Shown here: positions 1 through 12,872 of the stretch, in pieces
How positions within the stretch are numbered: the first letter of the stretch is position 1
Layout of the letters: every line of letters begins with the position of its first letter
Notes under the pieces: generated by a model
What the model was told of the DNA's origin: nothing
Databases searched by the model: none
What the model saw: only the letters and a program-made list of their open reading frames with translations
Source of the DNA: Octopus sinensis
Lineage: Eukaryota
Length of the DNA: 64,000 nucleotides
Direction of reading: 5' to 3'
NCBI RefSeq assembly: GCF_006345805.1
Contig: NC_042999.1
Location: 71,858,001-71,922,000 of the forward strand
Program-made: the position numbers and the translations under genes

Positions 1-365
1 AAAGTTACTCCAACCGCAGAACGGGGCGCCGCTGCGTGGTGCCAAGGATTCCAACATCACCATCAAAATACAGGTCCAGATACTGCAACAGCTTGGGTTT
101 CAGAGGACCACAGCTCTTTAATATCCTCCCTAAATGCCTGAGAGATTTACATGGTGTGGATGTGGGTTCCTTTAAAACTAAACTGGATCTCTTCTTGTTG
201 GGAGTCCCAGATGAACCTACCTCACGACAGGAGACACGGATGCGCGCAGCAGCATCGAACTCCCTTGTTGATCAAGTGCCACGTATCAGAGGTGGATTCA
301 CAAACTAGTGTAGCTCATTCAGCGGTGGTGCCCCAGCATGGCCGCGGCCTTCGGGCTAAAACATT
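1..365 (+). mobile_element. 3' end of a non-LTR retrotransposon (CR1/L2-group LINE): ORF2 C-terminus plus 3' tail
   Basis: ORF 36-308 reads YCNSLGFRGPQLFNILPKCLRDL...FKTKLDLFLLGVPDEP, typical of the post-RT C-terminus of CR1/L2-group LINEs. It is followed by a short tail with a GGCC-TTCG-GGCT hairpin, then (TA)n. Clade assignment is from recall, not a search. Confidence 0.75.
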
Positions 366-380
366 TTAAAGGATTTAATG

Positions 381-443
<63 letters not shown>

Positions 444-490
444 TATATATATATATATATCTATATATATATATATATATATATATATTA
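381..490. repeat. (TA)n microsatellite
   Basis: Direct reading; one of many (TA)n tracts in the window. Confidence 0.95.
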
Positions 491-550
491 CTTATTAGGA
501 ATAAAAATTCCGGCATCACAGGGGTTCAAATTATTCTCAATGAGGAAATA

Positions 551-1472
551 TATATGTTATTTAGAGATAGTAGTCCCCTCTATCACACCATATAAAAGAC
601 TTTTAATTTAATTTAATACTTACTACTCATTTCTCAAATACACGTGTTTCTTCAGGTTTTTTACGGTTCCTTAAGCACTCAGTGTTTTACAGGAACCTTT
701 CTTAAAATGTAACCCCAATCATCAGGCCTCTAAATAGCTTTATCATAGTTCGGTACCAAATACTATATTTTAATTTTAACATATATGTATGTGTATGTGT
801 AAATAGATTTGCCGGACCTCACTGTGCGAGCCATAATTTAATTCAAATAAACTTAATAAAAAGAAAAAAGAAAAAAGAAAAGATAAAAAATAAGAAAATA
901 AAAAATACGAATAAAAATAAAAATTTACAAAAACTAAATTCTCACGTAACGTATGTCTTTAAGCATTCATAGAAAATTAATAATACGTAGGGATAAAAAT
1001 AAAATATATACTTATGATGGTATAATAATGAAAGCAATGACAAATAAATGTGTTCGAATAAAAATGAAAGCAATGACAAATAAATATATTCGAATAAAAA
1101 CTATGGTACGAATGACAAACTGCAAAAAGAAAATTTACAAATAATACGAATGATAAAAATTAAAAATTTACAAAGTAAACATAACTTAAGGGTAACGCAA
1201 AAGAAATGTCATAAAATATATGTACAAACTACCGACCATTGTCCTACTACGTATTAATTTCGGCTTAACGTCGCAAGGCTCTGCGAACATCTACACTCCC
1301 ACCTACGTCCTGCTTCTTTTAAACTATTACTTAATTAGCATAATAACTTAATAGTAACAAAGGTCCAGGAAATAAAAAAATGCATCATGGGAGCTGAGAA
1401 GTGAGTAGTATGTATCGAATTAAATTTAAATTATTTTATATGGTGGGGTGAAGGAAACTACTATCTGTAAAT

Positions 1473-1516
<44 letters not shown>

Positions 1517-1546
1517 ATTTAGAGATAGTAGTTTCCTTCACCCCAC
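551..1546. mobile_element. Foldback element with about 85-bp inverted arms flanked by (TA)n, plus a third partial arm
   Basis: 551-636 is an imperfect reverse complement of 1395-1480. 1509-1546 repeats the arm again, making a hairpin around the (TA)n at about 1477-1512. The interior is A-rich with a about 36-bp tandem duplication near 1027-1098. Confidence 0.6.
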
Positions 1547-1552
1547 AATATA

Positions 1553-1601
<49 letters not shown>

Positions 1602-1634
1602 TATGTACGTATATACATGTGTATGTATGTATAC

Positions 1635-1980
1635 GTGCAGATTTCTATATTTTGTTTTATGTATGTATTCTCAAGCATATAGTTGCATGTCTAGAGATGC
1701 TCATATATCATTCTGGAAAGTTTTATAGATATTTACACTTCCAGTGATGGCTTGGATCTGTAGTCTTCGAATGAGATTTCTTCCTTCTGGTTTGGGAAAG
1801 CCTAATTTCTCAAGACTAGTATTTAGGCAGTGTGTTACATTTCGCAGTGCCACAATAATTATAGGTATAAACCTGAACTTTTAATCTCGATAGAGTAACT
1901 GTAGATTTCTCAATAATCCAGCGTAGGTGTCCTCTTTAGATTTATTTTAACATCCACCTGGCAACTAATTTCTACAACTG
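1635..1980. repeat. Interspersed repeat, copy 1 (homologous to 7689-8057)
   Basis: Colinear similarity along its length, e.g. CACTTCCAGTGATGG.TTGGATCTGTAGTCTTCGAAT, AAGCCTAATTTCTCAAGA and GATAGAGTAACT..AGATTTCTCAA. Family not identified. Confidence 0.75.
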
Positions 1981-3012
1981 TATATATGTATGTATGTATA
2001 TATGTATGTATGCAGCTGTGCACACATATTTATCTAAACATCTATGCCTATATATGCATATGTGTGAAATTACATATGCGCCAACACAGTACGAACGGAT
2101 CTAATTATACAATTACGTGTTAGTTTGTCTCAAACACATTTCTATAACGTCATGTTCACAAACATACAACGAAGTTTGCATACACACATATTAACAGTTA
2201 AACATGCATCTATGAGTGCGGTTGCATGCGTGAGCACGTGTGTATATGTGTATGTGTCACCGCGCGTGTCCATGTATTTATGTGTGTATTAATTTCTTCC
2301 TTCCTCATATATTTGATGTCTTTCCCACAATAGCCCTATACCAATATAAATTTATCGACATTATTCGTATGTTTACATGTAAAAAGTATACTTCAAAGTT
2401 TGTGGAAACATAAATTGCCTCCTTCATCTGTATATCAACTTATCATACAAACAGTTATGTATCTGGATATATGCATACAGACAAACTCTCATTTAACTGC
2501 GTTCAACTTTTGCATAGTTTGGGTATAGAAACATCAAGTAGACGAGAAAACTATATTTAGTTGCTTTGCGTAATAAGTATAAATAAATATCTGATAAAAA
2601 ACATTATGAAATGAATATTCTTCTGCTAGAAAATGAAACGAAGGGCAATAAGTATTAGTAAAAATAAATAAGAACGACTTCCAATAAATAAAAGGAAACT
2701 ATGGTTATATTAGGTACGTACAACAACCATAACAATACGAATATAAGAATACTTTAAATGTACGTACGCATAAATACATACACAGAGATAAACATATATA
2801 TATATATATATATATATACATACACACATGTATATATATATGTATATATAACACATACATATGTATTTCTCTGCCTGTTTGCCTGTTTCTCTCTCTCTCT
2901 ATATATATATATCCACATTTATATGTGTCTCTCTGTCTCCATCTCAGACTCTCTCTTTCTCTCTCCTCTGTTTACTCACAACACACACACACACACACAC
3001 CACACACACACA

Positions 3013-3043
<31 letters not shown>

Positions 3044-3482
3044 TACATACATACTGAAATATTAATATTCAGATGTTAGATCTAGCTAGTTTTGTTTAGT
3101 TATTTAGTTATCCCTTTGTTCTTGATTTTGTTTTATTTTTGATGTATTTCAATAATGGTTACAATTTCAACTTTAATCAATTTCTTTTTTATTTACTGTC
3201 TTTAAAGATTTACCATATATATCACAATATACATACTCCGACACCCATACACACCCATACATCCTCAAAAAACTATAAGATTTTTTTTTTGTAGATTCAG
3301 TAATGGAAGAAGCAAATTTTCAATTTAAATGACAGATTATTTCGTAGACATAAACTAGACAAAGTATTCTACATCAACATTGACAGTAAATATATATATC
3401 AGTTCAAATTAAGGAATACAGTCGCTGAGCTGGAAGATATACTACAAAAGAGAATACGTATGCGTGTTCATACGTGTATGAC

Positions 3483-3526
<44 letters not shown>

Positions 3527-3610
3527 AAAATGTGTATATTTGAGTGTGAAAGAGACAGAGAGACAGTGATTCTAGGTACATGTTTCTGTGTGTGTGCGCG
3601 TGTGTGTGTG

Positions 3611-3645
<35 letters not shown>

Positions 3646-4262
3646 GTTTAGCTTCAGGTCAGTAAGACTCAAATATATCAGATTTCTGATCAATGGCATC
3701 TAGATATACCCAATGATTTATTATCTGTGTTCTAGGTGGCATAGTGAAATTTAAGTTATGTTTTGGTATAATTTTAACAAATTGATTAGCCAGTTAGATG
3801 CTTCTCGTCGATTAGCTGAAAGGACGGGTTGTATTCTAATAGCTGGAAAATTGATGCTTTGTATAGTCATTCCAGTGCTACTCAGTATTAACTATTCAGT
3901 CATATTTCACTGTATTTGCACACGATTCTGTATAGGTTCTGTATAACAGGGCCATGCAAGATTACAGCTTTTAGTTATACACAACAGAATTATTTGACAA
4001 ATCGACAGGGAAGTTACAATTATTTAAGCTACTAGAAATAACAACAAATCTCGCTTAAATTCCACATTTACGACTTAAGAATGAAAGATCAGTTTAGATA
4101 ACGCAGTCTTATAACCCTTTAAGATATGTTCTACGTTTTTTAGGTGTTCACGTAATGCCGGAAAGGATATGATAATAACAAAGTAAGCATTGGATCTGTT
4201 ACGAGTTGTCAGCTTATCCCCAGTAAATTGCACATAATCCAAGCAGTGTTTACAAGCAGTAT

Positions 4263-4397
4263 ATGATGAACATTTTGTTGTTTTCATTCTTTATTGTTAT
4301 GCATATTTTAATTTACGTAAACATGGAGGTGCATATGATGACCAGCACTCTTGTACTTATGCTGAAATCCCATGTAAAATATCATATGGAAAGAATG
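4263..4397 (+). CDS. Possible first coding exon of the LDLa/GRL101-like gene (signal peptide; needs a 1-nt indel) or a 69-nt internal exon 4329-4397
   Basis: Donor G|GTATGT at 4397/4398 is in phase 1 with frame ...HGGAYDDQHSCTYAEIPCKISYGKN and joins exon 6236 as GAA (Glu). A hydrophobic MMNILLFSFFIVMHILIYV lies just upstream in another frame. Confidence 0.35.
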
Positions 4398-4884
4398 GTA
4401 TGTAATGACTTTCACATACTCGCAGGTACGTTTGGTTGTTTAAAAAATTTACTTCGTGATTCTGCGTTCGATCCTACTGCACACAAACTGGGGTGGCCAA
4501 TATATCATTAGCTGAAAATGGTAGCCAAAAACAGTACATAATTCGCTGTGTGTGTGCGTGCGCGCGCACGTGCGTTAGTGTGTATATGTCTGCCTTCCTG
4601 TGTCTGTGTATATACTTCACTAGTTTACAACCGTAAAAGGTGTAAATAACAATGAGAAAGAATATGGAATCCTGCTTTTCGAGCGAAGTTCGTTGTAGTA
4701 TTTATTTTGCATCATTGTTACTTGTTTGACACTTCTCATGCTAAACATGCCTTGAACTAGTGGAAACTGCAGCCAACAACGTTATTTTCACCAATGTACT
4801 CTCAAATTTCACAGTAAAATTATTTGGAATCGAAGGCCTATTGCACCTCGCCAATAAAAGCAATAACTGTTGTTTTTTAATAAA

Positions 4885-5269
4885 TCTATTATATAAAATC
4901 CGTTCTGTCTGTCTGTTTGTGTGTCTTCTAAGATCTCGGGCATCCTCCATCCGATTGTGCTCAAATTTGATATGTAGATACCAACGGTATCCGGGCGTGT
5001 ATAAGGCTTGAAAAAATTACAAAAATCAATTCCAGGGCAGAATGCGATCGATAAAGCCGTGGGAACGTGCATTTGTACGCGCAAGTACATCAGCTGTTGC
5101 GATCGATACTACGCGTACGCTGAAAAATGCATGGTGTCTCAAATTTAGGTTAAATCAGTATTTTCCAAAGGGGAGGCCTATGGGACTGTCGGACAAGTTG
5201 TTATGAGAAAATTTAGTTTAAATGTTTGACAACTCAGCGCCGTTCATTGGACGCGGGGCGTTGTGCTCG
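4885..5269 (+). mobile_element. Non-autonomous Helitron-like element
   Basis: A|TC 5' end (TCTATTATATAAAATCC), then a (GTCT)n tract. 3' end has a GC-rich hairpin (GCGCC...GGGCG) followed by CTCG|T, one change from CTAG|T. Confidence 0.65.
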
Positions 5270-5455
5270 TCAAGTATATAAATGAGATGAATCAAAGCTG
5301 TGGAATAAAAGCTATTTCTATATTAGTGACTTAAATAAAGTAGAATACAACCAAATATAACTGGAACGTGCAACAACAATATTGTTTGTCTGGTGCTTTC
5401 TTTTTTATTTTCTATACAATATTTTCTATACCTAAGACATATTTCTAACGATTAG

Positions 5456-5609
5456 ACCAGTCTCGGTACTTATCAACTATTTTATTTTATCAACTCCCGA
5501 AGAAAGAAAGGAAATGCTGACCCCTGTGCGATTTGAATTCAAAATGTTAGCTGATGCTACTAAATATGAAAAGGCACTTTGTTCGATTATCTGGCCATCC
5601 GCCACGCCT
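5456..5609 (-). mobile_element. Degenerate tRNA-derived SINE (GGCGGCGAGCTGGCAGAATCG-headed family)
   Basis: Reverse complement resembles the copies at 52134 and 12671 (B-box-like GAATTCAAAT, then CTTTC.TTCGGGAGTTGATAAAAT). Confidence 0.55.
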
Positions 5610-6235
5610 TGTATAAGTAATGTTGATGATGAATTGGTACTAAAGATTTAAAATCTCATGATGCTTTAGAAAATAAACTAAAATCTTTTATTGAACAAAA
5701 ATTATATCCGTTATCCTTTCAATGCTAGAGGTTTTGTTATTTAAAATATGCTTCCATAATTTCAAGATTAGTAAATAAATCATTTGAAGCTCACTCTGCT
5801 AAATAATACTCTAAAGCAATACTTCTCAAATAGTGCGCTGCAAGGCGTATCCAGGTTCACTGCAGATTTTCAAAAGTATAATTTAAGTCTTTAGAAAATT
5901 CATACACATGTTTGAACGTTTTAGAAAACATGTTACTCATAATTTTGTTATACGCATGTATGATTAATAGCATAAGATTAGCAATAGGTTCTCTCTTTTA
6001 TTTTTACACTTTTAACTTTAAAATACATTTATAAAACATTTTCATGTAAATTCCGACAGCAGTTTTTTTAAGTTTACACGCAAAGTATACCGGTTTGCTC
6101 TCTAATCCGACATGAAATCATGAAGCTTGAGATCCACTGCTCTAATGATGCAACTCCTTTGTTTACTTTTCGAAGATAAACTTGCTCATAATTCATGATT
6201 GATTGAATATATTCACATATAATTTTCTATTGCAG

Positions 6236-6334
6236 AAAGCCATTTTCAGTGCAGTAACGGCCTTTATATTCACAAAGACAAAGTTTGCGACTTCCACAGA
6301 GATTGTTTAATAGACCACGATGATGAAACTAACT
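6236..6334 (+). CDS. Exon: atypical 4-Cys LDLa module of a GRL101-like receptor
   Basis: ttgcag|AA AGC...AAC T|gtaagt, 99 nt, phase 1-1. Encodes SHFQCSNGLYIHKDKVCDFHRDCLIDHDDETN; the terminal Cys codon is completed (T+GT) by exon 11299. Confidence 0.88.
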
Positions 6335-7382
6335 GTAAGTATTCGAAATTCCTTATATGTTTGTTCTATTCATATCAGTATTTTAATTATCCTTTATAAT
6401 ATTTCTTAGATACTATTGTTTTCATGTTTTTATTGAAAATATTTATAAAAGAAGATATGATACTGATTATCTGTCTCAGCCAAGTATATGCTCATCGATA
6501 CATTGATTTAAAATGTCAAATTGTTCGGACATTATTCAATTGTGAAACAGTGGTACCGCAGATGTGTTTTGTTTGAGAGTGAATAAAATATATGCTTGTA
6601 GCTATAGTGTATTTCCTGGGCAACCTTGATCATAGAAACTGACATAACAGTTCCGTCGTATGTTTTCAGATAATGTATATCTAGCCCCAAACAAATATGT
6701 TGTTCAATTTTTTAAAAATTGAATTCGGAGTAATTTCAAGCAGATTCGGTTACAATTCATTACAAGCTAAGCACCGCATAGAAGCTCTCCATTATATGTT
6801 ACCTTAAAGTAGAAAAGACTCACAAAGGCTTCTTGCAAAGTATTAATCAAATATGTGTTAGTACAGAGATCGTCTTCCTGAGAGCTGTTTTCTTGTGTAC
6901 ACGTCTTTTACTGTTCTGATTCTGATAGATTACATATAACACATAGTATGATTTTCCATATTGAAAAACACTTTTCTAACATCACAAGATAATCTATTTT
7001 CGGTAGGTAGTCAGACCCAATCATCCCTAATCGAATAACGTAATTAGTTTAATAAAGAAACAATTTTTTGTCATTTTATGTTAATAAAATATAGATCACA
7101 TTAAAAGAACTAATTTGACAAATTACTGTCGTTATTGAAACAATTGAATCTAATAATAAAAAAAATTGGTAGCACTTTTGAACTTAAGCATTTAGTACTG
7201 TAAATAAATTTGACCATGTTTGTTCCAGTACAATAACAGTATATCTGAAAAGTGCTTCATTGTAGATTAGTATAGAGTCAATGTATCAATAAGTGAAGTG
7301 GTTGACTACGTTTAAATGTAAAAATTAAGCATATTTGTTTCAAATATATATTACAATAAAAAATAAAGAATTAAAAGCAAAA

Positions 7383-7550
7383 TATGTATCTATGTATGTA
7401 TGCATGTATCCATGCATGTGTGTATGTATGTATGTATGTATGTATGTATGTATGTATGTATGTATGTATGTATGTATGTATGTATGTATGTATGTATGTA
7501 TGTATGTATGTATGTATGTATGTATGTATGTATGTATGTATGTATGTATG
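7383..7550. repeat. (TATG)n microsatellite
   Basis: Direct reading; explains the MYVC ORF artefacts. Confidence 0.95.
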
Positions 7551-7688
7551 TCATTATTCAGTTTTATTTCAAGATTTCTTAACAGAGAAAGAGCCTGTTT
7601 CTAACCTAGATCCACGGCTCCTTCATTGGAATTTCAACATCAACAACAGGGAATTTTTATATGTATGTATGTATGCATTTATGAATAT

Positions 7689-8057
7689 GTGCAGATTTGT
7701 GTTTTGTTTTATGAATGCATTCTCATGCATATAGTTGCATATCTAGACATACTTATATATATCTAAACGACAAACTTCTGGAAAGCTTTACGGATTTTTC
7801 ACTTCCAGTGATGGATTGGATCTGTAGTCTTCGAATTAGTTTTCGGCTTTTCAGGTTCTGAGAAGCCTAATTTCTCAAGATTGATATTCAGGCAGTTCGT
7901 TACATATCGCAGTATCCCAATAATTACATGTATAATCCTGAACTTGTAATCTGGATAGAGTAACTACAGATTTCTCAACAGTTCAGCGTAGGTATTCTCT
8001 TTTCACTGACCCTTAGCTTTATGCTAACATACGCTGGGCAGCTAATTTTCACAACTG
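7689..8057. repeat. Interspersed repeat, copy 2 (homologous to 1635-1980)
   Basis: See copy 1. Confidence 0.75.
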
Positions 8058-8405
8058 ATAGATATCTTGTTGGTCTTGGATTCTGACTACAAACTCACAT
8101 TAAAATTATATTGTTGTATTTTCTTTATGTATCAGAATTATGCACTTACACTTTTGGTAGTCTCTATTTTAATGAAACAGATATTGAACATAATAAGATT
8201 TTTGCTTTCACGCTTTTATCCAAACATACAGCTCTTAAAGTTTGCTTAAGTCGATTGTGCATATACGCGCAAGTCGGTCACATGTAGAATTACTGCAGTG
8301 CAATAATGTATTACGGTTTCCTGTCCTGTAATTATTTGACGTCTAAATTGGCTTGAAACCATTCTTTGATGTTTATCATTAAAGTTGTATTGATATAGAT
8401 AGATA

Positions 8406-8475
<70 letters not shown>

Positions 8476-8485
8476 TATATTTAAT

Positions 8486-8527
8486 TCGGGTATATTTGGA
8501 GTTTCAAAATAATGCTTACTTTTTTTT

Positions 8528-8569
<42 letters not shown>

Positions 8570-8607
8570 CATACATACATACATACATACATACATACAT
8601 ACATACA

Positions 8608-8638
<31 letters not shown>

Positions 8639-8727
8639 GCGCATGCCCATGCTTGGCTGTCTGTAGTGACTGCAATAAACAAAAAAAAACAGAAAGAATT
8701 ATTCTGAAACTCCAAATTAAACCCAAA
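8486..8727. repeat. About 30-bp imperfect inverted repeats enclosing (TA)n/(CATA)n
   Basis: TTCGGGTATATTTGGAGTTTCAAAATAAT (about 8486-8514) versus ATTATTCTGAAACTCCAAATTAAACCCAAA (about 8698-8727). Confidence 0.5.
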
Positions 8728-9021
8728 TTTTTAAACAATTACAGCGATAACAATAGTATAAATACAGAACAAGGCATTCGAATTGCAGTGTTATTTTGAA
8801 TACCAGATCGCTTATTTGATTGATTCCAGATGGATCAGTAGCGTTCACATTGCTATGTACAGTGGAAATTAGGAATCGGATCCTCTATTCCCTTCATTTC
8901 CGATTTTAGAGAAATTATATTGAGAATATATATTACCATATCAATAAATTTATAATTACGTCCACAGCCTCTCTCTGCCTTTCAGTTTCACTACATGTGC
9001 ACATGTACATGCATATATGCA

Positions 9022-9058
<37 letters not shown>

Positions 9059-9069
9059 GAGAGAAATTA

Positions 9070-9304
9070 ACATGACAGTCCGGAGCAATAGGACGTAAGA
9101 TGTTGTTGATTAGCTCCGCGAGGTGATCGCCTCTAGCTAACTATATGACGCATAAATCTGTGTCAATAAACCTTCGAACAGGGGAGGTCATCATCTTGTC
9201 CTTGCTGGCTTGGCACTCACAGACCAGTTTCGTGGTAGTTGCCCCTTATCAATGTGGAGCAGCCGAGTCCAGGAGGGGTCGCTGTTGACCTTTGTTCGAA
9301 GGTT
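9070..9304 (-). mobile_element. Non-coding HHR-bearing repeat (retrozyme-like family), divergent copy
   Basis: Shares GATGACCTCCC, G.CACAGA..T.TG.GTC and the GAGG-CGATCA-CCTC hairpin with the 33.8-34.4, 49.7 and 62.9 kb copies. Confidence 0.65.
9218..9256 (-). ncRNA. Minimal type-I hammerhead ribozyme, U3:A8 core variant
   Basis: Minus strand reads CACA TTGATAA GGGG-CAACTA-CCAC GAAAC TG GTC/TGTG: stem I CACA/TGTG, stem II with one mismatch, GUC cleavage site. Confidence 0.65.
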
Positions 9305-9625
9305 GTATGTATATATATATTATTACAGGCAGAGAAAAGTATAGATGTTACTGTGCATAATAACGCTAATGTATAGTTAATAAATTTATATGGCTCTATA
9401 TCTCCTAATAAATAAACATCGGTTCTATTATTATGTGTTGTATATGTTGTTTCTTCGCTTATGATTATTAAGGTGTATATATATATGAATTTACAAACAC
9501 ACAAGCACGCACGCGCGTGACCACACACACACACACACACATACAGAAATCGAGAGAGAGATTGAGAGAAAAGTAGGATAGATAGATTGCTAGAGAAATA
9601 CTTGCGTACGCGCGCCCATGTCTAT

Positions 9626-9661
<36 letters not shown>

Positions 9662-11298
9662 ATTGGTGCTTAGGCTTGCGTGTATAAGTATGCGTGCGTG
9701 GACATGTTTATATATTTGTTTGCGTATAAACTCATTGATAGTTGAGCAACTTCAATATATAAAATCTGAAATGGGTATTTGAGAATATAGCATATCTTAT
9801 CTGCGACAGTATTAGAAGTATTAAGATTTCGTGTAGAATATAATAGATTTCAGGCACGTGTATCTTGAGTTACATAAACATCATTGCTGCCTTGCGTACA
9901 TATGAATTCTTTAATAAATAATCTTTTGTTTAGATATAGATATATGTATATAATTTTTTTAAAATTACTTTTCCATTGCATATGAAGAAGAATATAGTGT
10001 GCATCTTGAGAAGAAATATATGATATTCATGACAGTTTATTATGATACACTGAAATCTGATAGAGAAATTCATCTCCTAGCTTGTGGTTAATTTGTAGTT
10101 GCGTGGTATAAATAGCACGGTAACTTGCTGAAGTTAAATTTATTTTGGTTCTCCATCTGTTATGGATGAAACCACGTTCTCAACTCCTAACAGCCTAAAA
10201 CATGAGAATTAGAATTTTAGCGCAGCCTTGCAATGACCTAATGGAGTGTGTATGTGTGTGACAAGATATTTTCTTAGTATACTCTAGAGTAAATCGCATA
10301 ATCAGATATGCAAATGTCAGTAATGACTGAATATTGACTGCAACGGTTGTCTGCATATTCAGACCTTCGTGAGGATAGCTGAGATAATATTCAACAAAGA
10401 AGAATCGCCTTCATGTAAAGTATAAACACTGATTCCCTGATTACTTGAAGGGAAAAAAATAGGAAAGTTTGTTATGTAATATTTAGCTACATAGTTTTAT
10501 ATATGTTTCGTTAATATTGAGTAGATCTCGATCCTATAAGGAAAACCTTATTATAAGTCGATAACATTGTCAAATCTTCAGAGATTGCGTAACTCTCACT
10601 ATTAATCTTTAGTATTCATGTTGGACTATCGAAAGTGTTGTTCTATCAATTACTGCATCGACTATATATACCTACATACATATACACATATATAAATTTC
10701 ACACACTCCTTTGTGGTAAAATATTAACCATTCTCAAATTTTTATCACTGTCATATAATAAGTGTGGTTTCTTCACTTTATGGGAAGGAAGTATAGAGTG
10801 GAATTTAAAAATAGATAATGTATTAGATATTCTGAACACGAGTCATGAAGTTATGTCTGCAACCGCTCCACAGTTGCGCACTTAGCATTGTTAGTGATAA
10901 GGAAAAAGCCAGTTTGTAAGCATAACAGCTTTTAACATTTGCAGACGAAAATTAATATCTGAGCCGATGATTGAGCACAACTAAAATGTAAAACAACAGA
11001 AAGAAAAAAATATCATAATGTATTTTGTAGAAAGTGTATGTACACAATGTATGTGCGCGCGTGTGTGATAGTTCAGTATCCATATAAGCGTTCAAACTTT
11101 GGTTTCAGAGGCGCAATATTAGCATAGTGTTAAAATGTTACACTATACCAGATATTATATTGTATACTGCATAATATTGTACATATTACTGTTTTTATAC
11201 GCACACACATAAACACACACACACACACATTTCCTCTCTCACACACATACATACACACTAACGCTAACTTTTGCATAATCAGTTGATTTTCTATGTAG

Positions 11299-11415
11299 GT
11301 GGAAAGTGTCCAGAAAGGAAATACCAATGCCAGAGTGGCGAATGTATAGATATATCAAACCAGTGTGATGGAATATGTGATTGTGCCCATACATGTGATG
11401 ACGAAAACAAATGTG
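11299..11415 (+). CDS. Exon: 8-Cys LDLa module of a GRL101-like receptor
   Basis: atgtag|GT GGA AAG TGT...AAA TGT G|gtaaga, 117 nt, phase 1-1. Encodes GKCPERKYQCQSGECIDISNQCDGICDCAHTCDDENKC. Confidence 0.92.
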
Positions 11416-12670
11416 GTAAGAAAAAATATATATACGTCACTTGTCTTATTTTGTTTATATCTTCATATTAGTATGAAACAATATTACTAACACTACTTCA
11501 AATGACTGCAGACATTGTGCTATCAACAGCGGCAACCTCACATTTCATATCAACGTTAGTAGTAAAATGTAGGGACAAACAATAAAAACACAATTTGTTA
11601 TGGAAATCAATCAGTTCTGATTTATCCGCAGATCTTTCTATGTAATACTTCTTTAATATTGCCGTTATTTAATCTCGAATCGTCTTAGATTGATGTGGCA
11701 GTCTTCTTTCGGGCATTTCATACTCTGCACTTTGTAGTAAACTGAGAAATTGTTTACTTGGATGGAAATTTGGTTATTTCTCTGAGCGTAACGAGCAATC
11801 ATATCAGTTGCCACTTTCGTTTACTGAAGCTAAGTGCAGCCCCTAGAAAGTTTTCCTGAAAATCTGCTCGCTTATACAATGATGGACATAATATATTTTG
11901 TGTTCACCGGTGTTGTTCTTTCTGTTAAGTAAATGTAGTAGAAATGATTACCTCAGGTACGTATATGTATATTTGCCTTCTTTTCCTCATTTTATGTTGA
12001 TTGTTTCTGACAGCATTTTTGTCTTCTGTATGTTTGCGTATATGTGAGTTTGTGCGTGCGGTATGTTATGGTGTTGATTGTGAGAGTTAGTTGAAACTAT
12101 TCACTAGTTTTACAGGATTTATTTATACGGGGAAGGTGTATTCGTACGAAAGTTCAAGAGAGTGGGAGAAGGATGTATTTGATTTATACAAGTGTTTATG
12201 TGTAGAATAAAATGTGTAGTAGGTTCGTATATGTGAAAGATAAACAAATTGGGTGGACGCATGACTCCTTGAAGTACTCCATACGAGAAATTCCTACCAT
12301 ATTGGGAGTGTTTTTATTCTACAGTACATAGGTTTAGTAACCGGATAGTTAGTATGGTAGCTGGTGTTTTCTGTTGATTTTAAAGTCGGTGCTGACTAAT
12401 TTATGTATGAGTGGATGACAGAGGAAATAAAAAGACTTCACTAATATTTATGAGAAAAAGAATGTTACGTGACTGAGACTTTTGCTCTTGTAACATTCCT
12501 CTATTTTCTGTGTTAGATTCGAGAATAATAAGGTCTGTGGTTGAGTGTACTGTGATGAATCCATATAATGACTTGGAGAGTGTATAAGGAGTCTATAAGT
12601 TGCATGATTATATTTCACTTGCGTTTTTGTTGGACCTCAGAATTGCTTTAGTATTATGCAGCTTCGAAAA

Positions 12671-12872
12671 CAGCGAGGTGAGCCGGGCGAAATGCTTAAC
12701 GGAATTTCGTCTGTCTTTACGTTCTGAGATCAAATTCCGCTGAGGTCGACTTTGTCTTCTATCCTTTCGGGGTCGATAAATTAAGCGCCAGTTGCGTGCT
12801 GGGGTCGATCTAATCGACTGGCCCCCTCCTCAAAATGTTCGGGCGTTGTACCTAGTGTATGGAAAAGAATAT
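12671..12872 (+). mobile_element. tRNA-derived SINE
   Basis: CCGGGCGAAATGCTTA...GATCAAATTCCGCTGAGGTCGACTTTG...CCTTTCGGGGTCGATAAATTAAG...CTGGGGTCGAT, matching other copies in the window. Confidence 0.85.

Noticed and set aside
680-730. CTGATGA on the minus strand (718-724) followed by GAAAGGTTCCT
   Set aside because: Position 17 would be G, stem I does not pair and stem II relies on four G-U pairs; not called an HHR.
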